From Podarcis gaigeae (lineage: Eukaryota): a stretch of DNA of 64,000 nucleotides. The notes below the pieces were generated by a model. That model was not told where the DNA came from, did not search any database, and was given only the letters and a program-made list of their open reading frames with translations. Positions 1-10,787 of the stretch are shown one piece after another. Positions within the stretch are counted from its first letter, which is position 1; the number at the start of each line of letters is the position of its first letter. The position numbers were made by a program, and so were the translations under genes. The stretch lies in the NCBI GenBank assembly GCA_964106915.2, contig OZ066917.1; one strand, 5' to 3'.

Positions 1-132
1 ATAGTTATGTGTAGCTGTTCAGACACAGCTTTTGCCTAGGAATAAAGGTAACCATTCTTACTTATGAAATGTTGGAGCAAAAATTATTTAAAGTATTTGG
101 TTCTTTCAATAATTCTAACTCTAACTCTGTGA

Positions 133-331
133 AAACAAAAAAAATTCCTTCCAGTAGCACCTTAAAGACCAACTAAGTTAGTTCTTGGTATGAGCTTTTG
201 TGTGCATGCACACTTCTTCAGATATGCACACAAAAGCTCATACCAAGAACTAACTTAGTTGGTCTTTAAGGTGCTACTGGAATGAATTTTTTTTGTTTTG
301 ACTATGGCAGACCAACACGGCTACCTATCTG
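133..331. mobile_element. Penelope-like element (PLE) terminal-repeat insertion, inverted configuration, copy 1
   Basis: 76-bp inverted arms 132-207/224-299 (one mismatch at 283) and tail ...GACTATGGCAGACCAACACGGCTACCTATCTG. Flanked by direct repeat TAACTCTAACTCTGTGA (116-132, 332-348). Near-identical to 3645-3858 and 50632-50744. The AGCACCTTAAAGACCAAC...GAGCTTT..CTTCTTCAG motif resembles reptile Penelope pseudo-LTRs (recognition). Confidence 0.8.
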
Positions 332-1599
332 TAACTCTAACTCTGTGAGTTTGACTTTTCATAGTGGTTGCTTCTCATGGTGGTTGCTAATGCTTCTATA
401 GATTGCTGTAAATAATTTAAAACAGAGCTGAAGCTGAGCTAAAATGATCTACGGTACTTTCATTTTGTTTTTATTGCTATTGTCTAAAAAGCACCTTTTC
501 CTATGTGTTTTCTTCAGGTTCATCAATCATATCCTCTATTTTTGTTCCCAAGCACTACTCTGGGAGAGCTGTGCCAAAGGGCTAACTGAAAGGATCTAGG
601 AAGCTGTGAAATCTCTGTTTGAGTCCACCATAACCAAACTGGGGAAATGATTTATTTTTGCGTAACTCTGTTTAATGAAAGATTCTACCTCGTAGATTTC
701 AGCACAAAAATAAAAATTGTCTGTGTGGCGTTTGTGTACATACACATCTATATCTATGATACAGCTGTAGTGGAACTGACTATACAAGTTTTTTCTACAA
801 CTGTGTAAGTACAGTTAGCAGTATGGTAGGATCTTGATTGCTTTCTTTTTCCAGATGTCTTTAGTATAGAACTTTATACTACACAAAATTGGTTAAGGAT
901 TCTGTAAGTTGGCTTGCTGATCTTGGAAACAGGGCAGGGGCATGGCCTATCTCTGTAGGTGAAGTCATAAAATCATAGCCTGAATTCAGACTACTTTCCA
1001 AACTATGGTTTGATTGATTGCGAAATTAATACTGTGATCTCAGTCACTCCATGTTCTGTTCCACTGAATTATTATGGGGTTGTTTTGAGGTTGCCCCAAT
1101 AGAGGTTTTTCTGCAGACCTCTGAGTCATCCTGAGTTGGACAATACCTCCCTCTTATTTTCACTACATAAGCAGAGGCACTTGGAAAGCTTTGTCAGTAT
1201 TAGAGCTAGAGCACTCTCAACCCTTACCAGTAATATTTGTGCCTTAAAAAGGAGAAAAGCACCTCTGTAGTTAGGCGGTACTTCATGTCATTCATGTTGC
1301 ATTGTGAAGTGCTTCCATTTAGAATTCCATCCACTCTGTTCCATTTACCATCCTTCTCCAGGTTTGATTCCCTTCCACAAAAGCCAGTCAACATTCTAAG
1401 CCCATTGAGTATGCTCAGTTCCATTTCTCCTGTTTTATTTTTGTTTTCTCCATTTTTGTTTTCGGCCATTTACATTTTGGGGGTTTGTGGGGAACAATGG
1501 CAGATGAATGTCAATCCCAGTGGCATTAAATTTCCACTGATGTTTACGCGTAGCTCTCTATTCCATTCCAGGAAACAAAAAAATAGCTTCTTAGAGTAA

Positions 1600-2130
1600 A
1601 GTAGAAAGTGACCTATCCGGATCCTTTTAACTGGATACCCTTTTTCCAAAGGAGGGGCAGACAGAGGCTACCACCTCCTCTCCACCAAAGATCTAGGTTT
1701 ACCTAATGCCTAACAGTCTTACAAAGTCGTGACAATTGCTACAAGGTAGGCGAAAACCAGAAGGCTGGTGTCAATTTGCCAAATGGGAAAATTCCTGCCC
1801 AGCCCTGAATATGGTGGCCGACTTAGTCCTTAGCAAGGTCAAAGTACAAGTAAAAGCAAACAGAATGAAAGACGGTGGGCAGGAGATCCAACAAAAAAGG
1901 CAGGAAAGACTGCTGGGCAGGCTGCAATTTAACGACCCCCTGGGAGTGGGCCCACGCATCCCCATTGGCTGGTTTGGCCTGCTGCCAGGGGAACGCCCAT
2001 CCAAGGGCAGCCAGCACTGGCCAATAGCCAGCAGCTGGGTGATCTGGCCTACCATTTGTTGGATTTCTTATGGGTTCAGGGTCTGGCTGCAACACTGCCC
2101 ACCAATGAGGATGAGCGGACCTCCTGACAC
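1600..2130 (-). mobile_element. Probable terminal repeat of a DIRS/Ngaro-like (tyrosine-recombinase) or LTR retroelement
   Basis: GC/CpG-richer block in AT-rich surroundings. Has CCAAT-like boxes (ATTGG ~1964, CCAAT ~2021) and GGGAAAATTCCTGCCCAGCCC and GGTAGGCGAAAACC motifs that I associate with lizard Ngaro-like repeats. No coding domain; boundaries approximate. Confidence 0.4.
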
Positions 2131-3644
2131 TTTCTTAACCTTTTCTTAATCATTTGGTATGAAAAAAATGAAGGAGTGTTTTTTACCCCAATCTACAAAT
2201 ATTGCCTTGGATAATAAACACACCCCAATAGCAAAAATCATTGCATTTCTGTGGCATTTTATACCAAAGACAGTTTTCTGTTTCTAGCAGGAAAATTTCA
2301 AGTGGCAACTGGCTGCAATTTGGAGACAGGTGACAATATGTGAAAATATCCTAGAAGGACAAGCTTAAAGGTCTGCTTAAGTGTACATTGCACAATGAGA
2401 AGTACAGTGCATGAAAGTTAATGAGGAGTTCACATTTCCAATGGACCTGCTGGCAGTGTATATGAAGTCACTTGAGTCACTTTCCTGATGTTTTGTATAT
2501 ACTTTTATGAGGTGATGATTAACTGTCAAGTTGGGAAAAAATAATATGACATATGGCTCCCTTGAGATATGAATGAATCTCCCATGTCAAGGACAGGCAT
2601 TTTGCCTTGCTGTAATGGAAAATGCAGAAGAAAGAAAAAACCAAGGAGGTGTAGGATTGGCCTTACGTAGTCAACCCTTCCTGTGAGTCCTTGCAGGAGC
2701 ACTCCTACCTTCAGGGGTGGCCCAGCTGGGGCTAAATGCCCTGATTAGGAGCCACAGGTGGTAGCCGTGGGGATATCCAGCCCCACCTGGTTGAGGCAGG
2801 CACAAATAGTGCAGAGCAATGTGGTCAGGGGGAAGAGGATGATGGACAAAAACTGCTTAGGCTTCCCATGGTTGGATTGGATGTTGTATGTGGGTGAAGG
2901 TCTGGTGGGGGTAATTGTTCCTTTGGGGTTAATTTCCCAGTGTAATAGGGTTCCCATTACTTTGCAAGAAGGTTTCCTGTTTGAGGGTTTTTTGTTGCTG
3001 TTTGAGGTGGTTTTCCTATTCTGTTCAAATAAAAATATCTTTTCCCTCATATATTGACTACCAAAGATCCTTTAAAAAAACCTGCAGAGTTAATTGGCAA
3101 AATACTTGCATCCCTCAAAAACTACTTTTGTTCCACTTTATTATATTCCATTATTAGTCTCAAATGACTGACATTGTATGGTACAAAAGGAGCAGGGGAT
3201 TCAGCCCTTCATTAGTCTCCTTTGTACCCAAGAACCTTATATTCCTGCATCTTGTTAATTACTACTGCTCAATGTACTTACAGCCTTCAAAACTGAATAA
3301 CCTTGAGTTGTAATGTTAGTAATACGTAAACCTTTCAACATAACGCTGACAACCTGGATTGAGTTCACTAACAGGGTCTACATTTTTGAAGCTGTTCATT
3401 TTGACCATCAGTAACTGCAGCAAATCAACTGTAATCCTCAACACAGTGTGCTAAGACCTTTTGGTGTGATTTATGGCCAAAATTCTTCTTTGGTGGCTAG
3501 AAAAATAATTAACTTTCAGATGTGTCAGAGCTTCCTAGAGCTGGTGAATAAAGTTCTTTTGTCCCCCTCCCTTTTCTAATTTAAGAGTCGAAAATAACTG
3601 TATTGCAAGGTATATTTTGACAGCTGAATGTCTGAATCTTAAGA

Positions 3645-3858
3645 TTTTTTTCCTTCCAGTAGCACCTTAAAGACCAACTAAGTTAGTTCTTGGTATGAGC
3701 TTTCGTGTGCATGCACACTTCTTCAGATACACTGAAGAAGTGTGCATGCACACGAAAGCTCATACCAAGAACTAACTTAGTTGGTCTTTAAGGTGCTACT
3801 GGAAGGAAAAATTTTTTTGTTTTGACTATGGCAGACCAACACGGCTACCTATCTGTAA
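3645..3858. mobile_element. Penelope-like terminal-repeat insertion, inverted configuration, copy 2
   Basis: Perfect 80-bp inverted arms 3647-3726/3732-3811 with loop ATACA. Same tail as copy 1. 13-bp TSD CTGAATCTTAAGA (3632-3644, 3859-3871). Confidence 0.85.
3693..3730 (-). ncRNA. Minimal type I hammerhead ribozyme motif (PLE-associated)
   Basis: Minus strand reads GUAU-CUGAAGA-A-GUGUG-CAUG-CACAC-GAAA-GC-UC/AUAC. This gives the conserved core CUGANGA...GAAA...UH, stem I GUAU/AUAC, stem II GUGUG/CACAC and a palindromic AGCU stem III. Confidence 0.7.
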
Positions 3859-4628
3859 CTGAATCTTAAGAGCTCATCATGACAGGCAATAGTTGATGAA
3901 TGGGATATTTCAGATCCTTAAGAAACAAGGAATATCACATAAGGAGGTATGATCTGAATGTGTCCATTAGCTAAGGCTGTTCCAGCCTAACAGCAATTAT
4001 AAATAGAAACAGAACTTATGCAATGAAGACTGGCTGTCATTGCATCTCATGCAACAAAGTAAATAACTCCCAAATCCATAGAAGCAGATGGGATGAATTT
4101 GCATCTTGAATCTCACCTTCCCCCAGCATCACCATAAGCTTGGAAATCGATTTTGCCTGAGTCATAAAAAGAACAATATCATTATCTCTGTACAAGTAAC
4201 ACAAGACTCTCTAGCATAAGCCGCTATGTGCAAAAATATTTTTTTTGTTCTTTTAACTAACAAGACATATAAGAATTGAGATTTTTATGGGATGATAAAA
4301 TCCCCAGTTAGGTTTTTTTTTTTTTACCAAAAAGAAAAACCTAAAGGTAGAATAGCAGATTCAAGCTGAATAACTAATGACCCAAACACATACCCCTGCC
4401 ATACAAAGATTGCAGAACTGAAGTATAGTATAGCTCTAATTGGTAGTTAGTAAGCTGCACAGAATAAAATTTTAAGAGTGCACAAAGTATTACTAGACCC
4501 TGAATGACATATGGCATCAAGCCAATGAATCTTGCTTGTTAGTGGAGGACTATTTCATCAATTTGAAAATCAACTCAAAATTCTGAGGTGAAGGATACTC
4601 ATTTAAGTTGGGAATGAGCTCTATAATA

Positions 4629-4870
4629 CAGTGGTACCTCGGGTTACATATGCTTCAGGTTACATACACTTCAGGTTACAGACTCCGCTAACCCAGAAAT
4701 AGTGCTTCAGGTTAAGAACTTTGCTTCAGGATGAGAACAGAAATCATGCTCTGGCGGTGCGGCAGCAGCAGGAGGCCCCATTAGCTAAAGTGGAGCTTCA
4801 GGTTAAGAACAGTTTCAGGTTAAGAACGGACCTCCGGAATGAATTAAGTACTTAACCTGAGGTACCACTG
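4629..4870 (+). mobile_element. Tc1/mariner (Tigger/pogo-like) MITE, copy 1
   Basis: TIRs CAGTGGTACCTCGGGTTA / TAACCTGAGGTACCACTG, TA TSDs (4627-4628, 4871-4872), four copies in the window. Confidence 0.9.
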
Positions 4871-6792
4871 TAGAGGCTTAGTTCCTTTCAAAATCCAGAA
4901 ACTATATTTTATCATTATCATTCTTATAAGAGATGCTGGAAAACAAGTAGCTCAGAATAAAAGCTTTGAGACAGTTAATGTATTCAGTATATGCACCAAC
5001 ATAACGCAAGCTCTGTTGCATCCACAAAGCAAGGTTTTCATTTTCATTTAACCACAGTTCAGCATTACCTCTAAAGCCTAAACTGTGAGTAATGCTATCT
5101 GTGGATTATTGAGACAAGCATCTTTGTAAACTACCCTCTGAAGCTGGTTTGTTTTGGGAAACCAAAGTTAAGACCAAACACAGTTTGCTCAAGTTCAGTC
5201 ATAATACTAAACTGAGTTTAGTTAAATGTGAAAGCAAACATTTCCTCTCTCCTCTTCATGTCTGCACTAGAAAATGGGGGGGGGGGGATTGACACACTCA
5301 GAGCTCCTTCACATAACAAGTGAAGTCACATTTATTGATTGTCCAAAACTGTAATCCTGCACACAAGCTTCTCAACCTGCCCAGCTATGTGCAATGTGAG
5401 TAAAGTGGGAAAACCTGTTAATACTCTTAATAATAGACGGGCTGTTGTCTAATAATTTTTGGAAAAAGAAAACCAGCATATACACACAGGTTCCACTTTC
5501 AAAACACAATGCATTCCTAGGAAATTGTTCATTAGATGAGCTGACGATTTCCATTGTCTCCTATGGAAACATTTCTAATCCATGATTTGTTCAATATCCC
5601 TCCCTCCCTGGTTTCTGCCTGAAACTGCTGTAGCCAACCAGTAAAACACAAACAAGGAAGTGGGCAAACTCTGGCTGTTCAGCTATCTGAATCAGTTGGA
5701 TAGCTGAAATATCAGATGAGTGTTCTGATAGTGGAAGCCGTGTGTAGAAGTGAGGAAGGAAACTGTTTCATGATATTGGGTTTTATCCAATGGTGTTTGT
5801 CTTAGCAGAAAATCCTTCTACTTGCATAAGTTGGAGCACATTCTTCTTCTTTTTTGCCAGTTCCCCCCATACCTGCTGCAACCTTCTGCACCACATGCCA
5901 TTGTGTTCTGGAGGGAATGAGAGCCCTAAATGGATTGGGGTTAGTAGGAAGGGGGGTTGAGATTCAGTAGAAATTGGGTAGCCCAACTCGTTTGTACGGA
6001 AGCATTTCCTGTTAAAGCAAATGCATACTTGAAAAAGACCCAACATTTATTTATTCTCTGCCCACAATATACAGTATTGATATTGTACAGTATTGATATT
6101 GTTAAATATGTGTCAAGTTTTAAATAGTATATATCCTTTCCATCAATTCAAAGAGATAAGATATAATTAGAACTCAAGTATGTAGTTTCTAAGAACAACA
6201 GACTAAAAATTTACTTACAAGCGTTAAAACACAGATAAGAAAGCAGCTATAAGCAAAAAGATTAGATGTACATTTGAAGGAAATCCCATATAATATTATT
6301 GATATGTCAATCAATTTTATAAATATCATATTAGAAACAAGGATGAAATGTTTGTTTAGAGAACCATTGCTGCTAATTGTCCTATGTGAGACATTCAAGC
6401 AGAAACAATGATGAAACCAAAACAATGCATGTAATATAAAAAGACAACATTTGGCACCAGTAAATTCAGTGTAAAACGTTTCCCACATCATCAGTCATGC
6501 AAAATTAAATCTCTGTAATTAATTTTTTTTCATAGAATATGCTTCAGTTACTAGCAGAATTGTTATCTGTCTTCTAAACCGTATTCATTTTAATCATATT
6601 TGCTTATCACTTTTATTTTAAGAATACTTTCCTGATAACTAAAGTGCCTGAAATTCAGATTTCAACACCTTTTCTCATTTATACTATCCCTGTCATTATA
6701 TAAGGTGCCAAATACTTTGAAATCATGGAGTCTACATTCTGTCACTTGCTTTATGAAATAAACCAAGATGCCAAACCCTCCCCTTGAAGGTA

Positions 6793-7034
6793 CAGTGGTA
6801 CGTCAGGTTACATACGCTTCAGGTTACATACGCTTCAGGTTACAGACTCCGCTAACCCAGAAATAGTGCTTCAGGTTAAGAACTTTGCTTCAGGATGAGA
6901 ACAGAAATCGTGGTCTGGCAGCGCAGTGGCAGCAGGAGGCCCCATTAGCTAAAGTGGTGCTTCAGGTTAAGAACAATTTCAGATTAAGTACGGACCTCCG
7001 GAACGAATTAAGTACTTAACCTGAGGTACCACTG
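6793..7034 (+). mobile_element. Tc1/mariner (Tigger/pogo-like) MITE, copy 2
   Basis: Same TIRs and body as 4629-4870; TA TSDs 6791-6792 and 7035-7036. Confidence 0.9.
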
Positions 7035-9213
7035 TACAGAAAATGATTCCAGAACAGATATTGAATGGTCCTGCAGGACATGCTCTGCTGCTCACTAGTC
7101 ACCAGGCCAATGTGAAAGCCTATAAGACAATGGCTAGGTACAGAGGCTCTTAAAATTTTGCACAGATGAGCTAGTGTTGCGTTAGCTTCTTTCCCTCCAA
7201 CCAGTGTTATTTCTAGATTTGGGGGGGGGGGCAGGGCAAGAGGAGCGCTTCAGCAAGATGTTCTGTGTGGGTCCACTTTCTGCCAATTGCCACCAAACCA
7301 ATGCTGATTTGCTTGCCCTATCGCTGTGGGCCAAATGCATACCAATGTCCAGAAGGCAAGGAAAGTGGAGGCTGCTGATTCTTCGTCTTGCTTTCATCAC
7401 TGTTTGCATGCTTGGCTTGGTCAAGTGAACAGGCAGCCAAAGCAAGGATGAGTACTGACAAGCAGCACATGGGATAAGCAATTAGCCCTCTGCTGGTATG
7501 TGGGCCGCAGCAGGTGCCGGAGAAAGTAAGGCCATAACCATGGTAAGGTCATGACCTGCCAGATCTCCCCCTGGCATGTTCCTGTCAAGTTTCTATCTTT
7601 ATCTGCCCTTTAACCAATGCTGTGGCCATCACTGTCATTTGACTGGACAGGTGGTGGGCCATCCACATCCAATATTGATGACGGCGTAATTTGAGTGTAT
7701 CCTTTGTTTTCCCATCAATGTGGTTTGGTAGTCCCTCAGGGTCCCTCCTTCCTTCTCCAGGACACATTGAAGTAAGCGGAAACGCAATGCAATCACACGA
7801 CTCTTTGAATTCTGGGGTCTGTATATTGCATTCAATATATTGTAGCCAGTATTTCCTGCCAACAGCTTCACTCCCTGAGCATTTGGAATGCTTGTGACCA
7901 CTGAACACGCCATCAAACCAGCTCAATCAATCTTCTGTCAAGAGGCTTTACTAAAAGCACTAAAACAGTTGGGGGAAAATGACTTGCAATTAAAAATTCC
8001 TGAAAAATGAATCATAACAGACATCTTTCTCTACCAATGTGGTTACATAATGGGGGTGCCACAGCAGATTAGGCCCTCTTTAATGCCAATGCATAATTAC
8101 TACACTGTGGCTTACCACTAGCCAGTTACACTGCTTAGCATTTGAGGAACATGCTAATTTTATAACCAATTATACATTGCCTAAAAACATTAGTTCAGAA
8201 GAACTCTCACAAGCAATGCATCACCACCAGGCTCTCTGTTTATTGTTCCACTGTATACATGGCAACAATTCCAAGAATACTTAGGTTTGATGATATTATA
8301 ACAACAACATCTTAATTTCTGATATGAATGAATTTATCCAAACAGCAAGGTACTTGTAGGCTACAAGTGCAATTTTCAAAAAAGAAGCCTAATGTGCATT
8401 TATCTGCAACCTTTTCTTTGGCAAAAAGTAAAAATAAGATTGCACGATCTCGCTTTAGCTAATATGGCGACTGGTATCTTGTGGCTGGCATCTTAATGAA
8501 GAGTGCTTCAGGCCCTTCGCTGGAATTCTTTAGCAGTCAATCTCTCTTCCCCTGAAGACTCAGCAAGGCATTTTGAGGGAGCTAGACTGGAAGATATTGC
8601 CACTATCCAGAGAGATACACTTTATCGTTGGAATAAGTGAGTGAGCAATCTGAAAGGTTACAGCTGCCACTCTGAAATTACTTTATGATAGGAAATCCCA
8701 CAAAGTCTGCCAAGCTACTTCTGAATAAGAGGTTTCAGGATTATAGCCTATTATGTTTTCCTGCTTACTCAAAAATGATTCTCTTCTCAGTTACTTCACT
8801 TCTGTGCCATATGTCAAGGTCAATAGAGTCATATAAACCCATGTCAAATTGTGAAACTAGGATCAATGGCCCTCATAATGGTAAAAGATCTCTAAGGATA
8901 TTATAGAGTAATACAGACAATAACCCCAAGCCAATAAATCTGATAGCTGTATACTATGATTTTGATCAAAATTAAGTTGGAGCTTTTTATTAGGATACTG
9001 GCAGTTTGAGGCAGGGAGGGAAAGTAAGAGGCAGAACCATCTATGGGTGAAACAATTCTTCTGACTTGACATTAATGCACTTCAAACTAAGCATAAAATG
9101 CACACACATGCACACAATAATCCAAATAAGACCTTCTATATTTTTGTTATAAAGTGGTACTGGGGACAAATGGCTTTGCCCCTTCACTACCAGAAAGGGA
9201 TCTTTTGAACCAG

Positions 9214-9488
9214 GTAGAGATGGGTAAAAAATTAAAACTTTACACTTTTCCAAATTTATGTGATGCAGTTCTCCAACCAAGCCATGTGCACAAAGATTCT
9301 GCATAAAATGCATATATTAGTTTAAAAATCATGCAAAAATGCATTATATGAGGTGAAATTGTTTTAAAAATGTGTATGTTATGGGAAATGTGCACTAAAA
9401 TCCTGCATTTCAAACTGATACAGAAATGTAGAGAACTGGATTTAAGATCAGGAATTGGAAATGAGAAATTGAAGTTTGTCTATCCTGC
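9214..9488. mobile_element. Degenerate non-autonomous DNA transposon (TAGGGATGGG-type ends, hAT-like)
   Basis: Starts TAGAGATGGG, has internal AAAATGCAT-like repeats and ends ...TTTGTCTATCCTG. The right end resembles 60630-60725 (...GATCTGCCCATCCCT). Confidence 0.45.
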
Positions 9489-9749
9489 ATTCATGGAAGC
9501 TCCCAGAAGTGGCTCAGCCTGTTTGCTGAGTAAACACTGGAAGGTGGAAAACAGCAGTCTCTGACAACTTGAGCTATTCCCACAACTGCTACCCAAACAC
9601 CCAGGGACATGGCAATAGTATCAGACCCTGGTGTGGATTGTCCCACCTTTGAATGAGAGAGCAAGAAGCTCAATTCCACTTCTTCCTCAAATAGGGATCC
9701 TGCCTGTCTCTCCAGCACCACACTACATTACAGTCAAACTACTGTAATG

Positions 9750-10200
9750 TGCAGCTTATCCTGCAACCTGGAACCAATGCCCAAGTCTGACAGATGGATG
9801 ACATTGGACCTGTGGAACACATCCCATTTGGCCATCTGGGGAAGGTGGTAAAGACAAACATCGCTTTGTAAATTATCTTTTCTGTTCAGTCCACTTGAGA
9901 TGGGTGGCTGCCCATCATGAAAGACACTGCAAAAGCTCCATGGTATAATGATATTGCTAATAGAATATATTACCACCTGAGGGCCAGATGCGATATTGGA
10001 TTAGGAAGGCCTCAGTTCCAAAGCCAGATGAGTTTATTAGCAGGCATAGATCAGGTGACACACAGAATAAAAAGGGTAGGCAATTAGTCTCCCAATAATT
10101 ATGCAACAAATTGATGAAGGGGGAGGCAAGGAGAAAAGAGTCAAAGGAGCTGACTATCGTGTCTCGAGACAATTAGGCCAGATACTTAGACAGCCATCTG
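9750..10200 (+). pseudogene. Highly decayed APE endonuclease domain of a non-LTR retrotransposon (RTE-X-like)
   Basis: Frame-shifted motifs in the expected order: ILQ-TW (~9758), PSGEGG (~9833), N-ILPP (~9966), R.SGDTQNKKGRQLV (~10043), ELTIVS....YLD (~10147-10195). Confidence 0.45.
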
Positions 10201-10561
10201 GCTGCATCTGGAAGTAAGACCTTGCAGCAACTATGCATTGTTAATAAAGTGGTTAAAGGGACTGTGGAAGTAGATTTTTCCTATACAAAAAAAAAATGTT
10301 TATTGCTGCAGAAGTAATCCAGAAAAAGGAATTAAAGATTTGCCTGGGTACCAAGTGGATATGCAATTTCTTCACTCTTGTGCTCCGTTCTATACTGTTT
10401 TGGCACCTCCTGCAGTGCGGCACCCAATACAGCCACACTGGCTGTGCTACCCTAAAATCACCCCTGTTGTAGTCCAATAACATCTGGAGGACAGCCTGAT
10501 CTACGCTAATCAGCATCATCCCCTTGAAATACCACAGACTGAACCTGGGACCTTATCAGTA

Positions 10562-10787
10562 CAGTGGTACCTCGGGTTAAGAACTTAATTAGTTCTGGAG
10601 GTCCGTTCTTAACCTGAAACTCTTCTTAACCTGAAGCTCCACTTTAGCTAATGGGGCATCCAGCTGCCACCATGCCACCGGCACGCAATTTCTGTTCTCA
10701 TCCTGAAGCAAAGTTCTTAACCCAAGGTACTATTTCTGGGTTAGCGGAGTCTGTAACCTGAAGCATCTGTAACCCGAGGAACCACTG
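10562..10787 (-). mobile_element. Tc1/mariner (Tigger/pogo-like) MITE, copy 3
   Basis: Reverse-orientation copy with TA TSDs 10560-10561 and 10788-10789. Apparently inserted into a decayed tRNA-derived SINE head (GACTGAACCTGGGACC before, CCACTGATCT after). Confidence 0.9.

Noticed and set aside
855-903. + strand 49-nt exon-like segment (TTTTTCCAG...GTAAGT)
   Set aside because: Stops in two frames, unrecognised peptide, and opposite strand to the better candidates. It is consistent with a chance pseudo-exon.
2650-3051. Possible solo LTR (TG start, AATAAA near 3028)
   Set aside because: I found no convincing TG...CA ends with a TSD and no second copy, so it is not supportable from this window.
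6070-6101. 16-bp tandem duplication (and a 17-bp one at 58052-58085)
   Set aside because: Ordinary slippage duplications with no further structure.
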